Source of the DNA: Hypanus sabinus
Taxonomy: Eukaryota
Length of the DNA: 64,000 nt
Direction: 5' to 3'
Assembly (NCBI RefSeq): GCF_030144855.1
Contig: NC_082721.1
Coordinates: 22,692,001-22,756,000 of the forward strand
Shown here: piece after piece, positions 62,773 through 64,000 of the stretch
Numbering within the stretch: position 1 is the stretch's first letter
Layout of the letters: every line of letters starts with the position of its first letter
The notes under the pieces: model-generated
Told to the model about the DNA's origin: nothing
The model's input: only the letters and a program-made list of their open reading frames with translations
Database searches by the model: none
Translations under genes and position numbers: made by a program

Positions 62773-63511
62773 CTATGTTTCCTCTAAGCTGTGCGCGTGT
62801 GCATGCGCACACACGTTCTTCAACCAGCACACAAAAGAAGTTAATGTGCGCACAAAAGGTTAATACCAAAAATAATGTAGTAATTAATAATTATACTTAC
62901 TGAAAATAATCTTTTAGCTAAATGTTCCTGTTAACTAGTTAGTCGGTTTTTCAAATACCACAATGCACGTCACTAATTTACGTCATCTCACCTTTCCTGT
63001 TCTGGTTTGTACAGCTGCATCACAGCGGCAGCCATCTTTTGGCAGACAGTGTTCATATTGTAAAGTTTACAAAGATCTGTTTCAAATCCTGTAGATAACT
63101 TAGTGTTTTTATTGAAAAAATACTGATTCACTGTTGAATTCAAAAGAAGCAAAGGGCGAGAAGCACAAAAGAACTGCAAATTTGTTTAAAGTTTTGCTAA
63201 GCCAACAACGTGAAGAAAATGTCACAGTAGATAAAGTTTGCTGTTGACTTTTATAAATCATCTTTGTGTTCATTTGGAAGAAAGGTTTCCTGAAGATGAG
63301 GTACAAGAATGGTCAGCTTTTGATTTCTCCACAATTGCAGATTGTGACTTCACATTTGGTGATGAACAAGTTAATGCCTTATGTCTAAAATATCATAATT
63401 TTCTAGCTGAAAATACTGCAGTAGTTAGACAGTTGAATGATTTCAAATTTTCCGTGCAAGAAAAAATTAAATCCAAACTGATTTCAAACTGCTGAAATGG
63501 TGGCATTTGTA
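62773..63511 (+). mobile_element. hAT-like DNA transposon remnant
   Basis: Terminus CTATGTTTCCTCTAAGCTGTGCGC; peptide FINHLCVHLEERFPEDEVQEWSAFD resembles the C-terminal region of hAT/ZNF862-type transposases. Confidence 0.6.
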
Positions 63512-64000
63512 TAGTTGGCCCTCCTGATCTGCAGGGGATTGGTTCCAGGACTCCCCGTGGATACTCAAGTCCCATATTTGGCCTGACCAGTGTGGTGGTC
63601 TTTAGGACCCAGCGGAACCCCGGACCTTATTTAACCTCTCTCAGTGCGGTGGTCTTTAGGAGCAAACGCAGCTCTGAATCCGCAGTGTTTCTGTTCACGA
63701 AAATAATCACAATCACGATTGAAAATAAAGTGGAAGAAATAAAGCGATCGGAAAGAAGTGAAACGCCATCGGTCATTGGAAAAGCGTTAGGTTACAGTCG
63801 GTCAACGATCGGAACAATTTTAATGGAGCATGTGAAAGGCCCTGATGAAAGCTACGATTATTACTCAGCAACGCAGTGGTTTAATTATTGAAATACATAC
63901 GTTTCTTAAGTGTTTTATATGCATAGAAAGGTAAAATGTATACTATATACTAAGACAAACGTTTGACTAACTGTCGCTAAATAATACCAGTTGTACCTGT
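63512..64000 (+). mobile_element. Tigger-family element, copy 3 (runs off the window)
   Basis: TA followed by TAGTTGGCCCTCC; [37 protein letters not shown]. Confidence 0.9.

Overview
Vertebrate genomic DNA, most likely a cartilaginous fish (ray/shark), inferred from the repeat landscape: V-SINEs, CR1, Rex1/Babar, L1, Penelope and Nimb. Three loci are present. (1) A complete thimet oligopeptidase gene (THOP1) on the minus strand, with 12 coding exons from 46194 to 21389, all GT-AG and in phase, giving 2070 nt / 689 aa with the HEFGH zinc motif and TOP-specific residues. (2) The first two coding exons and promoter of a divergent ZNF367-like C2H2 gene (minus strand, 8855 to 5811), continuing beyond the left edge. 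It may be an undescribed paralogue, because canonical ZNF367 is not a THOP1 neighbour in human. (3) A CpG/NRF1 promoter and non-coding first exon of a plus-strand gene at about 56.1 kb, probably SGTA by synteny only. The rest is dense, often nested transposable elements. Less obvious features include a family of Penelope terminal repeats carrying minimal hammerhead ribozymes (one intact, in a young insertion with a 15-bp TSD), an 18S rRNA fragment in a THOP1 intron, a 70-bp near-perfect hairpin, and two assembly gaps at the same point of one Tigger family. Comparisons with human proteins are from memory and need alignment to confirm.
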